DNA of 64,000 nucleotides from a virus (Duplodnaviria > Caudoviricetes): positions 830 through 64,829 of IMG/VR virus record IMGVR_UViG_3300038318_000521, one strand, 5' to 3'. Position numbers and translations under genes: made by a program. Under the pieces are notes generated by a model. The model saw only the letters and a program-made list of their open reading frames with translations. It was not told the DNA's origin and made no database searches. How positions within the stretch are numbered: the first letter of the stretch is position 1; the number at the start of each line of letters is the position of its first letter. Below are positions 7,612 to 17,700 of the stretch, piece by piece.

Positions 7612-8569
7612 GTGGGACACCCCTCATAGCCTCTAGGTGTTTTCTAGTATCCTTAGCTATAGCAGGCAAATCAACGTCTGCTCCCAAGAGTATCATTTTT
7701 TCAGCGGGTTTGTCCCCTCCAGGCACATTAAAAAGAACAGTCCACCGTTCCTTAGTCGGTAGGCTGTTCGTTATTATTGTAAAGATTGGTGTTTCTACAA
7801 TGGCTACGCCGTGTAAACAGCTCCACACTATTGGCATACTGAGTAGCTCGATCAAATAATCGGTGCCCGTTTGGTCGATGCTGTTCATCACATCTAGCCA
7901 AATGTCACCGATTCTGATTGACTCCTCACAGTCTAAGCTGCATGGAAAATGTGTTGTTGTGCGCAACCCCATATACCTAAGCATTTGATTCGTATGGATG
8001 TGACCTTCAACCTCTATCACTCTGTCAGCTACCATCTTAGAGTTCTTCGTCTCTTCTGCGGAGTGCCATACGGGGTCATAATAACCGTCTCCCCATTTTT
8101 CTACAAAGAATGTGCTACAACAATCGGGAAACAACAGTAAGTCTCCCAGTTCCTTGTGATCCGTTTGCCCTCTAGCCATGTACGATGAAGCTCTACGAAA
8201 CGCTTCTGCATCTTCTAAGTTCCTGGCCATTACTCCGTAGGCACTACTATTGGAGTCGCCCACCACGGTCGGAATATGCCGATGGCTAAAGCCTCCATAG
8301 TTTCTAGTCCACTGTATTGGAAGCCAAACCATGTTGTCTTTGTGGAATCTTTCGATCAAACTATGAAAGGTGTGGGGCGAAAAGTGGATTGTACCGCACT
8401 TGCGCAGCCCCCTTCTTACCATTTCATATTCGGCTTTATCATGAAGCGGGAGGGCCCTATTCAACATAACTTCGTATTTCTCTCTGGCTTCGGTAGAGTT
8501 CCAAACCAGTCTTGTGAAAGGGTTGACGTCTATCTGCAATAGTCCATCTTGGTTGAGCTTATTCATCAT
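7601..8569 (-). CDS. Cys-motif protein resembling DUF483
   Basis: FPDCCSTFF and HFPCSLDC motifs recall the GYPxCC / PCSxxC pattern of DUF483 (from memory); RBS GGGGAGG. Confidence 0.5.
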   Translation of the reverse strand: MMNKLNQDGLLQIDVNPFTRLVWNSTEAREKYEVMLNRALPLHDKAEYEMVRRGLRKCGTIHFSPHTFHSLIERFHKDNMVWLPIQWTRNYGGFSHRHIPTVVGDSNSSAYGVMARNLEDAEAFRRASSYMARGQTDHKELGDLLLFPDCCSTFFVEKWGDGYYDPVWHSAEETKNSKMVADRVIEVEGHIHTNQMLRYMGLRTTTHFPCSLDCEESIRIGDIWLDVMNSIDQTGTDYLIELLSMPIVWSCLHGVAIVETPIFTIITNSLPTKERWTVLFNVPGGDKPAEKMILLGADVDLPAIAKDTRKHLEAMRGVPHGN

Positions 8570-8580
8570 TTTTTCCTCCC

Positions 8581-9903
8581 CTACACTTTCCACGAGTCGC
8601 CATGATCGCCATGGTCACCGTGTGCTCTGTCGCCGTGTTGTCTATCGCCATGACCACAATCGTCCTCAGAAGGGGACTGGCTGGGTAACGGTTGTGTCGT
8701 CTGCCTGCAATGACTTAGGTTTACCCTGGCATCTTGTCTCCAGCTACTCGCCCTGGGATTACTTAGGGTAGACATAAAGCAAAAAGCGTCAGGATTCATA
8801 CCCTTCACTGAGTTAGGATCTGAGAACGCCTCGCTTTCTCGATCTGTGGTAAGTTCGATGTTTGGTAGCATCATTTTGAGCAACCTTGATGTTTCTTCGA
8901 ACAATCCCCTTAATCCTAGGCAATACCGACTTCGATTACGCCAATCACCATCTATGCCTTCCGCAGGGCACCCTCCGGTGCAATTTCTCCAATATTTACA
9001 GTCTTTGCACCCACCGAGTTCCTGCCCTATCTTGGGAAGAATCTCATAACGAATCAAACCGAACCCTCTATCGCCTGCATTCTGAAAACGGGGATAGATA
9101 TGTCCGGTCTTTGAGGTTTTCATGCAGCTTGCGGTGCTTCCGTCTGACAAAATGACTCTTTCTGCACCGGCGTTGTAATAGTCACACGGAGCGAAAGAAC
9201 AAGTCCCTTGATTAAGACCTAGCAGACTATCTACGATGTCTCGATAAGGAAGCCAATCCCCGCCCACTTCTGTCAAAATAAAACGGGTCATGTCTCGGTA
9301 AAAGTCATCGAGTTCCTCGGGGGTTAGTGCAATTTTCTGTATACTGGGATAATCAATTTCAGCAGGATTCATTCGGCCAGTTATTCCGAGCTCTTTCAAT
9401 TCCAAAATCCATTGTTTAAATGCTTCTCGTTGACCAGGCAAGCCATTAGCTTTTGTAAGCACACAGATGATGCCCACTTGAATACCCTCGCGACGTAGCC
9501 ACTTGATGTTTTCCCAAATTAAATCTGCAACATGTTTATCTTTGGAATCCACTGGTATGCGGTATCGGCTCATCTCGCCAGGCCCATCGAAGGAAACGCC
9601 AACCTGGGTTTTGTAAAGTTTGAAAAGCTCAATATGTTTCTCATTAATCAGAGTTGCGTTCGTTTGGATGGACGAGTGCCCGATTTTCTCAAACGATGTT
9701 GCCAGGATGGCCTCGACCACATCAAGGGGGGCCAGTAAAGCCTCTCCCCCATGAAGGTAAGGTGCGGTTTGCTCTCGCTCGATTTGAGTTAATACCGCCT
9801 CTAAGTCAAGTGGTCTGTGGTTGGCCCTTTCCCGATAAACGTGTTCATAACAGTATGCACACTGTAAATTGCAGAGTGCATTAGTAATTTTTACACTAAG
9901 CAT
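8581..9903 (-). CDS. Radical SAM/SPASM enzyme (peptide-maturase type) with a C-terminal HGD-repeat tail
   Basis: CNLQCAYC (CX3CX2C), HGGE motif, SPASM CSFAPC...C and CKDCKYWRNCTGGC (CX2CX5CX3C)...C. Confidence 0.92.
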   Translation of the reverse strand: MLSVKITNALCNLQCAYCYEHVYRERANHRPLDLEAVLTQIEREQTAPYLHGGEALLAPLDVVEAILATSFEKIGHSSIQTNATLINEKHIELFKLYKTQVGVSFDGPGEMSRYRIPVDSKDKHVADLIWENIKWLRREGIQVGIICVLTKANGLPGQREAFKQWILELKELGITGRMNPAEIDYPSIQKIALTPEELDDFYRDMTRFILTEVGGDWLPYRDIVDSLLGLNQGTCSFAPCDYYNAGAERVILSDGSTASCMKTSKTGHIYPRFQNAGDRGFGLIRYEILPKIGQELGGCKDCKYWRNCTGGCPAEGIDGDWRNRSRYCLGLRGLFEETSRLLKMMLPNIELTTDRESEAFSDPNSVKGMNPDAFCFMSTLSNPRASSWRQDARVNLSHCRQTTQPLPSQSPSEDDCGHGDRQHGDRAHGDHGDHGDSWKV

Positions 9904-9920
9904 TGTGCTTCCCCTCTCAG

Positions 9921-11516
9921 TTAAAAATACCCCTCAAAACGGGGGTTATCCATGTGACCAGTGCCTGAATCGGAGTGATCGGTGTGGTCAAACGTTATGT
10001 GATCTGTATGGTCTATATAATGAGCATCCCAATATGGGCTAAAAACACCTCCATCATTGTGTATGTTGCCATAATCTTGATGGTCTATATGGGGGTACGG
10101 TATGTTAATGACTTCATCGACATGACCTTCCGCTACGTTAATGTACGCCACGTTTTCATGCGACACGTTTTCGTGAGAGACGTTTTCGTGCGACACGTTT
10201 TCGTGCGACACGTTTTCATGAGACACATTCTCGTGAGAGACATTCTCGTGCGCCACGTTTTCGTGAGACACATTCTCGTGAGACACATTCTCGTGCGCCA
10301 CGTTTTCATGCGATACATTCTCGTGAGAGACATTTTCGTGATCTCGATCTCCGTGGGGCGAATCAAGGTGATCCCCGTGGTCAGAATGGAATGGATCCCA
10401 TCCGTTTAGGTATGGTGTATCTAGATGCACTACATTCTCGTGCGACACGTTTTCATGCGACACGTTCTCATGAGACACATTCTCGTGTGTGCGATTAAAG
10501 TGATCTCGATAATCTCCATGCAGCGTTCCGATGGCTATATCTGTATGACTACGGTTTTCGTGAGGAGAAGCGCTGTCAATGTGATCAAACCACGCATTAT
10601 CGGGATAAGAAGAGCTATCGGAATAAGGGTACGTCCAGTCCACATAATAGGGCCACGAGGGACTTTTCCCCCCCGGATATAGATCTGAATAATTGGCATA
10701 AGGGGGTGAGTAATCCATGTGATCCAAATGAACACGGTCTTCATAACTGGTCCAACTTCCGGAATTCCTGTGTGTCGTGTCGGTGTATGGAGCAATGTTC
10801 TCATGCGACACATTCTCATGCGACACGTTTTCGTGAGATATGTTCTCGTGGGCTCTATCAGTATACGCTTTGTTCTCATGCGCCACGTTTTCATGCGCCA
10901 CGTTTTCATGAGACGTATTCTCGTGTGACACGTTTTCATGAGACGTATTCTCGTGTGACACGTTTTCATGGGACGTATTCTCGTGTGACACGTTTTCGTG
11001 AGACGTATTCTCGTGCGCCACGTTTTCGTGAGACACATTCTCGTGTGACACGTTTTCGTGAGACACATTCTCGTGTGACACGTTTTCGTGATCTTGATCC
11101 GCATGATCATAACTAATGTCCGCGTATATATTCTCGCGAATAAGTCTATCAACATGGTTGTCATCATTGTGTGCAGGCTGGTCCAAGTGATCGGTGTATC
11201 CCTCGTCACGATCACTGTGATACGAACCTCTGATCACATCCCCGCTAGCACTCGGCTTGCTAAACCACAGCCACCTTTGGGGGTCTATGGCTACATAATA
11301 AGGAGGTCTTCCGGATGGAGCTCGCTCTTCGGTGTCGATAACTCGCTTGCGTTGATTCGCATCAATGTAGCAAAAATAGTTTCCCTCGATCCAAAATCTA
11401 CCTGGTGGGTAGGTGGTTGCTCCCATATCGCTGCCTAGGAAACTCCACTCTTCTCCATTTCTGAGGATGTAAAGCCGTTCCCCCTGCACCCAAATATTAC
11501 TGTTATTGTAAGGCAT
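9921..11516 (-). CDS. His/Asx-rich repeat protein (HENVS array); putative virion fibre and rSAM substrate
   Basis: RBS GGAAGGAGG; 37 HEN motifs plus many H/Y/W-x-D/N triads; N-terminal IWVxG/FWIEG beta repeats; immediately downstream of Tal. Confidence 0.85.
   Translation of the reverse strand: MPYNNSNIWVQGERLYILRNGEEWSFLGSDMGATTYPPGRFWIEGNYFCYIDANQRKRVIDTEERAPSGRPPYYVAIDPQRWLWFSKPSASGDVIRGSYHSDRDEGYTDHLDQPAHNDDNHVDRLIRENIYADISYDHADQDHENVSHENVSHENVSHENVSHENVAHENTSHENVSHENTSHENVSHENTSHENVSHENTSHENVAHENVAHENKAYTDRAHENISHENVSHENVSHENIAPYTDTTHRNSGSWTSYEDRVHLDHMDYSPPYANYSDLYPGGKSPSWPYYVDWTYPYSDSSSYPDNAWFDHIDSASPHENRSHTDIAIGTLHGDYRDHFNRTHENVSHENVSHENVSHENVVHLDTPYLNGWDPFHSDHGDHLDSPHGDRDHENVSHENVSHENVAHENVSHENVSHENVAHENVSHENVSHENVSHENVSHENVSHENVSHENVAYINVAEGHVDEVINIPYPHIDHQDYGNIHNDGGVFSPYWDAHYIDHTDHITFDHTDHSDSGTGHMDNPRFEGYF
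10146..10340 (-). repeat. 13 tandem 15-bp units encoding HENV(S/A)
   Basis: Counted directly; units vary mostly at synonymous positions. Confidence 0.95.
10428..10487 (-). repeat. 4 tandem 15-bp units encoding HENV(S/V)
   Basis: Counted directly. Confidence 0.95.
10791..11090 (-). repeat. 15 + 4 tandem 15-bp HENxx units separated by one YTDRA unit
   Basis: 10866-11090 (15 units) and 10791-10850 (4 units), counted directly. Confidence 0.95.
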
Positions 11517-11539
11517 GCCTCCTTCCCCCTCTGCTTACG

Positions 11540-14500
11540 CTAATACGGTTTGACTGGCAAAATGATAGCCGCGGCTTCAACCACTCCTCTGAAGTATGCG
11601 TCCCCCGTCTGGGTGCTCATTTGAATCGATATGCGTCCCAATGTGTCATAAAATACGATTCCAACTCCCGAAATTTCAATTCTGCTGTCGCCTACACCAG
11701 TGCCCATAATCTTTACAGCGTTAGCATCAATTGTACCTGTTGTGATGTGTGAGCCATTGATATAGGTAAAACCATAACTAACCGCCAGCACAGCTGGGTT
11801 GTCTGTGGTGAAGTACATACCGATTAGAAAATAGTGATACGAACTATCTTGGAGTGCTGGCCTTGTTGTACTAAACATGATCTCACCAGCAGTAGTCGTC
11901 TTGGAGCATCTGGCGTACACGTAAAACTGTTGGCCTAATGTTTGCTGTTGAGTTTTAGCCGAAATGTTCCAAGTCTTCGCTTCCTCTCCAACATCCGTGG
12001 CTAGAATTAAATAGCCCGAGGTGTTAGAAAACTTTCCGCTGATATCATCGGTATTTGCATCCATCTTTACACCAACTAGCTGGAAGTTTCTTGTCCCGGC
12101 CCCAACTGCCAGATGTTGTGTCTCGACCGTAGTTGGCTTAATCCCTGCACCGTCAAAATAACCCTCTTCATTCCCAAAAAAGTGATGGTCTAGTAGCTTT
12201 TGGTAAGTTTGTTGCGCTAGATATGTGGCCGCAATACGGTCAGAAAGTAGTTTCGGAATATTCACCGTGACCACATTGGACGGTGGGCTTACATTATGCG
12301 AACGATCTCTAGCCCGCACACGTACATAAACGACTTGATCGGCGTACATACCTGTAAGATTGAAGGTATTCGATGAGCTATAGTACGTTTTAAGGTTTTG
12401 CGTGAAGGAGCTGTTCGTAGCAACCTCAATTACATAGTCAAGCAAATCTGAAATCACAACCGGTTGCCAGTGTAAAACCACATCTCCGTCATCGTTAATG
12501 GAAACAATCAGGCCAGTTGGTGCTCCAGGAGCATTCGCTTTCCCACCTATCGCTAGGGATGTTGTGGGGTCGCCAGTGGAGTAAATCCCTGCCCTGCTAA
12601 CCGTTCTGACCCGCCATGTGTAAGTAACGCCAGAGGCAAGCCCTTGCGTGTCTTGGTAGACTTCCGAATCCTTGTCCAACGTAGCAATAGTGTAAAAGGT
12701 TCCTCCGTCCGCCGAACGGTCCACAAACTGTTGGTGAGCATGTTCGCTCTCGCTTTTTGTCCAGGTCAATTCTGCAACCAAAACGACATTGCCATCTTTA
12801 GAAACAAACGATTTTTCCTGGGCATTCAGATTAGTAGCCGGTTCTGGTGGAGTAGGATCTTCTGTGGGGATTTCTTCGACGGTAGCTGAGACGATTTCGG
12901 ACCACTCACTGATTCTGCTGTTTTTGATGGCTGCTACTTGATACTCCCAAACGCTGTCTATTTCAAGCTGCTGGTGGATAAAGACACTGGTTGGTGAATC
13001 GAACACCAGCCAAGGGCCATTCTCTGTTCTAGCTCTGACAGCCCAAGAATCTGCGTTGCTTGTCCATGTAACGACAATGTAGCCGAAGTTGGGATGAGCG
13101 ATCACTTGTTTGGGTACGTCTGGAATATCTCCCAAAGTTCTGCTTGATGGTCGTCTGCCAAGGAGTGGTTCCACGGGATTATATAAGAAGTCATTTAGCC
13201 CCCAACGAATGCGACGATCAGAACGACTACTTTGGAAACTCTCATCCTTGATCCTGGCATTTGCCACCATTTTGTTTCTTGGGTGTACTACTGTGATGGT
13301 ATCCCCGAGGCTGACTCCGTTTAACTCCCTTATATCATCCACGGGAATTGATACCTCGAAAGCTATATCGGGTTGACTTCGTCTTTCTAGTTCTCTTTGT
13401 CCAGCCTGAATCAACTCCGCCATTGTTTCGGCTTCTGGGAACACAAAATCATTGGGGAGTTCGCCATGATCCTTGATTGACTGATCGTTTTTGAGCTGGA
13501 CGTATAATTGTTTGGCGCCTTCTCCTGCCCCAAAACAATCTAAGACGTTCGCTAGTTTAGTCTGGTCGTCCCTTAACACTGTGATCGCGATGTTCCTACT
13601 GTGTTCTATGACGAACGGGTCTTCACTGTTGATCGTTCTGTTTTGACCAAGGGTTGCCTCACCGTTTTCGCCTAGGTCCAAGTAGACCTTCTTGGCCGCT
13701 TCGTCATGACGGACTCGAAACTCCCATCCGTATTCATCGCAAATGTTGGCTAAACTCTGCAAGAAGTCCACTCGTTCAAATTCAAAGCCTTGAACAATGA
13801 TGCCAGTGGTCGAGGGGATGCTTCCAACGTTAAGGAATGTTTGTTCTCGCCAGATTAGCTCCACGCCTTCAAGATAAGGCGTAAAACCATACCCTACAAC
13901 CTCGCCATGAGCATCTTTGCGCACACTTTCTTGATCCTCGGTGTAGAGATTGATACGAACATCAACCCATCGTCCTGTACCGGCGATAGGAACACCATTA
14001 ACCTCGTTTTCTTGAACATCGCCGACGTTTATTGCGGTCATCTCTGGTCCCCAGGAGGCACTATCTAAACCTGCGCTCGTGGCAGCACTTCTGCTTTGTA
14101 CAGCAATCCGAACGTAAGCATCAATAATCTCTGTCCAGCGGAGGATTCGTCCTGAGCTCAAAGCACTCTCGCCTAAGTCATGGCGAAACTGGATGTAGCC
14201 CCATGCTTTAGGGCGTTCATTTTGAGGGTCCTCTGGGTGTGGTTCATACTCCAAAATAACTGACCCAGGTTCGGTGTCGATGTCTACTTGGTATCTTATA
14301 GCTGTTTCCCAATCCGCTTTGGTGTTCCACCTTTTAAATCGGAATCGTCTTGTGTGATCACGAACCGCATCTGCTAAATCTTGGCCATTCCAACCCTGCC
14401 ATTTTGAGGGCGTTTTGAAATTCTTCATACGGTGGGCATGGCCTTGAACGGCAAAAGAGTATTCCTCGCCAGCTAGGTCCCTGCTTTGAATAAAGCCTGT

Positions 14501-14698
14501 AGCACACTGATCGTAACGGTCATAAATTGCAACATATGTGGCCAAACCCAATTGCTCTACGCCATCTACATCGTGAGGAAGGGAGAATGATGCTTGATCT
14601 GCAGTGTTTATTCTACGTCTAGCCTGCCTTAAGATTATGTCTTGTATGGGTTGCCCCACGGGATTTAGATCTTGATCAAAGCACTTTACGTATGCCAC
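11540..14698 (-). CDS. Tail tip/hub (Tal-like) protein with fibronectin type III domains
   Basis: Follows the tape measure; prophage-endopeptidase-tail-like N-terminus; Fn3 repeats (PGAPTGL...WQPV...DYVIEV...YVRVRARDRSHNVS). Confidence 0.75.
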   Translation of the reverse strand: MAYVKCFDQDLNPVGQPIQDIILRQARRRINTADQASFSLPHDVDGVEQLGLATYVAIYDRYDQCATGFIQSRDLAGEEYSFAVQGHAHRMKNFKTPSKWQGWNGQDLADAVRDHTRRFRFKRWNTKADWETAIRYQVDIDTEPGSVILEYEPHPEDPQNERPKAWGYIQFRHDLGESALSSGRILRWTEIIDAYVRIAVQSRSAATSAGLDSASWGPEMTAINVGDVQENEVNGVPIAGTGRWVDVRINLYTEDQESVRKDAHGEVVGYGFTPYLEGVELIWREQTFLNVGSIPSTTGIIVQGFEFERVDFLQSLANICDEYGWEFRVRHDEAAKKVYLDLGENGEATLGQNRTINSEDPFVIEHSRNIAITVLRDDQTKLANVLDCFGAGEGAKQLYVQLKNDQSIKDHGELPNDFVFPEAETMAELIQAGQRELERRSQPDIAFEVSIPVDDIRELNGVSLGDTITVVHPRNKMVANARIKDESFQSSRSDRRIRWGLNDFLYNPVEPLLGRRPSSRTLGDIPDVPKQVIAHPNFGYIVVTWTSNADSWAVRARTENGPWLVFDSPTSVFIHQQLEIDSVWEYQVAAIKNSRISEWSEIVSATVEEIPTEDPTPPEPATNLNAQEKSFVSKDGNVVLVAELTWTKSESEHAHQQFVDRSADGGTFYTIATLDKDSEVYQDTQGLASGVTYTWRVRTVSRAGIYSTGDPTTSLAIGGKANAPGAPTGLIVSINDDGDVVLHWQPVVISDLLDYVIEVATNSSFTQNLKTYYSSSNTFNLTGMYADQVVYVRVRARDRSHNVSPPSNVVTVNIPKLLSDRIAATYLAQQTYQKLLDHHFFGNEEGYFDGAGIKPTTVETQHLAVGAGTRNFQLVGVKMDANTDDISGKFSNTSGYLILATDVGEEAKTWNISAKTQQQTLGQQFYVYARCSKTTTAGEIMFSTTRPALQDSSYHYFLIGMYFTTDNPAVLAVSYGFTYINGSHITTGTIDANAVKIMGTGVGDSRIEISGVGIVFYDTLGRISIQMSTQTGDAYFRGVVEAAAIILPVKPY

Positions 14699-14715
14699 CT
14701 GTTCACCTCCAAATC

Positions 14716-14736
14716 AAAAGGGAGGTTGCCCCTCCC
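14716..14736 (-). terminator. Terminator-like hairpin between TMP and Tal
   Basis: GGGAGG-GGCAA-CCTCCC-TTTT. Confidence 0.45.
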
Positions 14737-17700
14737 CTAAAATCCACTACCATCTGCGGTTGACAATGCTTCTCTCACTAATTCTGTTACGAATCCGCGT
14801 ACATCTGTAACGCCGTTCAAATTCACGTTTACTTGCTGGATTAACACTTGTTGAATCAAAAGCTCTTGTGCATGAATGGTGCCGATTTCCGCCATCTGGA
14901 ACGTTTGAAACACTTCAAACATTTGTTCGCTCATGAGTCCAGGTAGACGATCCAAATTTGAAAGTGGTCGTAGAGATTCTAGGAACAGATCTCTATCTTG
15001 ACCGGAAAGACGAGTGATTTGAACTCCTCTGATTTCATGTTGAATCAAGGTATCGTCTGTTGGGAACCATTCGTCAAGCATGTCACCGCCGAATTCTTCA
15101 AAAGCCTTTTCGCCTTCTTCCACTAACTTGCGAATGGCTCTGCGAATTTTCTCGACTTCATCTTCGCTGTACCCATCTTCAGCAAATTCCTGCATCATCC
15201 CAGCGATGAGTTTGGCTTGTGCTTCGAACTCTGTAGCCAGCAAAACCTGTTCTATCAAAATGCGCTTTAGCTGTTGTCCCAACACTTGTTCAAAGTCTTG
15301 CCAGGTGGCTTCGCCAGCAATGGATGCCGCCATGGCTGAACCCAGGCTGTTCAACGATTGGTTCATGGAATCGATCATTACTTTTCCAGTTTCAAATCCC
15401 GCTCTAGCCGCTTCCTCATTGGAGATTTTCCAACCAGTCTGCCACAAAATGCCCAGGAAACGTTCTTTCTTGATGTTTGCTTCTGTTGCCTGATAACTGA
15501 CGCCGAATTCATCTAAGGCTTCATTCAGACCTTCTATACCCTGTTTTAAGGATTGAAGATCTTGGGGAACGGGTCCGGGGTCAAACAACTGATTTATCAA
15601 GGAGATTCCCGCTGAAATTCCAGCAAAGACGGGGTTTCCGGTTAGCCCTGCTATTGCGCCTGAAATTCCAGCAATAGCCCCCGTAAATCCTCCACCACCG
15701 CCTGTGTATCCCGCCATCGCCCCGTACATCGTTGCAATTCCGTCTCCGTAATCCCCGAACATCTCGCCCATAGAGTTCCGCATGTTATCAAAGGCCTGTG
15801 GAGCTTCTCGGATAAGTCGGAAAAATTCCTCGGTCTGGTTAACAGCCTCGCTGAACTTTGGTGCCATTTGACCGAAAAACTGCGCTGTAGATTCTTCGGC
15901 GTCGCGTATCTCTTCGCCAGTTTTCAGAAGATCGTTCAAGTATTCTTGCTGTTTGATATGGTCATCTGTAGCATCAATCAGCTTCAACAACTGACCATAC
16001 TTGTCTCGCAAGCTAGCCAGGTCACTCTTGTTATATTCAATTGCCTTAATGCGGGCTACCGCATTCTGCTGTGCTTGCTCTTTTTCTAGTTCAATCTCTT
16101 GTTTACGAACTTCTTGCCATTCCGATGATAGCATGTAGAGCTCACCATAAAGCTGTTCGTATCCCTCTCTCATCCGCCTAAGGATGTCCAGCCTATCCTC
16201 TAGGCTAATTTCCTCTTCGATGGTCATGGCGTTGAGTAAAGACCGTTGATCTTCGAGTGTTTGTTTGGCCAGATTGTGCTTAGCTCGCTGGAGGCCACGT
16301 TCAAGTTCGATTTTCCGTTCGTTGCCTGCGGCGGTTAGCTCCAGTTCGCTTTCGATACCTGCGATTTGCTCTTCAAGGACCGCCTGCGCACTTACCTGCC
16401 TAGACTGGATCAAGAAACTCTGCCATTGCTCTTCGCGTCTTTGAGCGTCCTCTAATCGCCTTTCCTCTTCCTTTTCTAGCCGAAGTTGGAAAGAATCAAG
16501 TTCAGCCATCGCATAACGCCCGGAATCCATGGAGGCATACAGGTTCATGCGCTCCGCAATCCATGCCTGCGTTTCCACAAGGTCAGCTTCCCGAAGATCA
16601 CCAAGGGACTTGATTTCATCAGCTACCCTATCAGCTAGGTGGCGGGCCTCGATTTCAGCGTAGTTCTTGCTAATCGCCTGCAAGCGTTCATGGTGGGCCT
16701 GATAAGCAAGCTCAATCATTTCTTGGCTGCCCTTGTATTGGTCCAACTCCCGATTCAAGCGAAGCAATGATTCAGCGATTTCTGCTTCTTCTAACTCACC
16801 CTTATTTCTTAGTCTTTGAATTTCAACCTCTTGGGTTCTGTAGCTGATTTCTTGGGCTGCCCTGATAGCATCTGCATCCATCTGTTCCGTGAGCTGACGG
16901 CGTAATTGGGCTATAGCTTGGATTTGGTCAAAGGACTGGGCATAAGCTCCTGTATATCTGTCTAGATTCTCCAGTTGTTGCTCTAACGTCCACCCCTCAA
17001 CCTCTGCCAGTGCTCTGTAATTCGTCATACGCAGGGCAAAGATTTCGTTCTCGATGGACATTAATTCTTCAGTGGTCTGAACTAGGCCCTCAACTTCCAG
17101 GACGTTTTCCTGTAGCCACTTTATTTGTTGCTCATAACTACTTACAACCTCATCATTTTGGTGCTTTAATTCCTCGAATAGCTGTAATTGCTCCCGGAGT
17201 GGTTCGTTACCACTTGCCGGAGCTTCAGCCGGGTCTAGTTGCTCTTGTACCCTGGCAACTTCACGCCATAGCCGCAACCATTCATCTGTGCCTACTGTAA
17301 CGCGCTCCAATTGGTGGTTAAGAACCTTCAAATGGTCTCCCAGGCTAATCTTCTCAGCCTCGACCAGGTAACTATAGTAGTTTTCGATATGCTTCTCCAT
17401 GGCCTCTAGGTCTTGGAGGTCAACATGGATTTCTCCGCCCTCTAAAGCCCTTCTAAGCATCCCCTCTTGTGGACCATAGTGACTAACCATCTCAAGAATT
17501 TGATTCCAGCGATCTGCCGTGGTTAAAGCAAAACTATCAAGTTCCTTTTTAACAACGCTTAGGGTTTCCTGCACCCTTACCTGCGTCATGGCCGCCAAGC
17601 TACCGTCTACCGTCTGCGATTGGAGGTAGTCGAAGTATTCGCTTAGGTGGGTCTCTAAGCCGCCTAATTCGTCCACGTATGCACCTATGCCCATGCGCAA

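Noticed and set aside
8581-9903. QueE/7-deazaguanine DNA modification, or an anaerobic sulfatase maturase
   Set aside because: The enzyme has a SPASM domain (QueE does not); no folE/queD/queC/dpdA or sulfatase genes were recognised.
10146-11090. CRISPR array
   Set aside because: 15-bp units are head-to-tail with no unique spacers, they stay in frame within a CDS, and no cas genes are present.
9975-11438. Alternative-frame and antisense ORFs over the repeats (9975-10409+, 10133-10366-, 10425-10682+, 10535-11215-, 10706-11116+)
   Set aside because: They are shadows of a stop-free 15-bp repeat and lack convincing RBSs; the HEN frame has a strong RBS and fits the operon.
9921-14698. Diversity-generating retroelement
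   Set aside because: No reverse transcriptase and no TR/VR pair differing at adenines.
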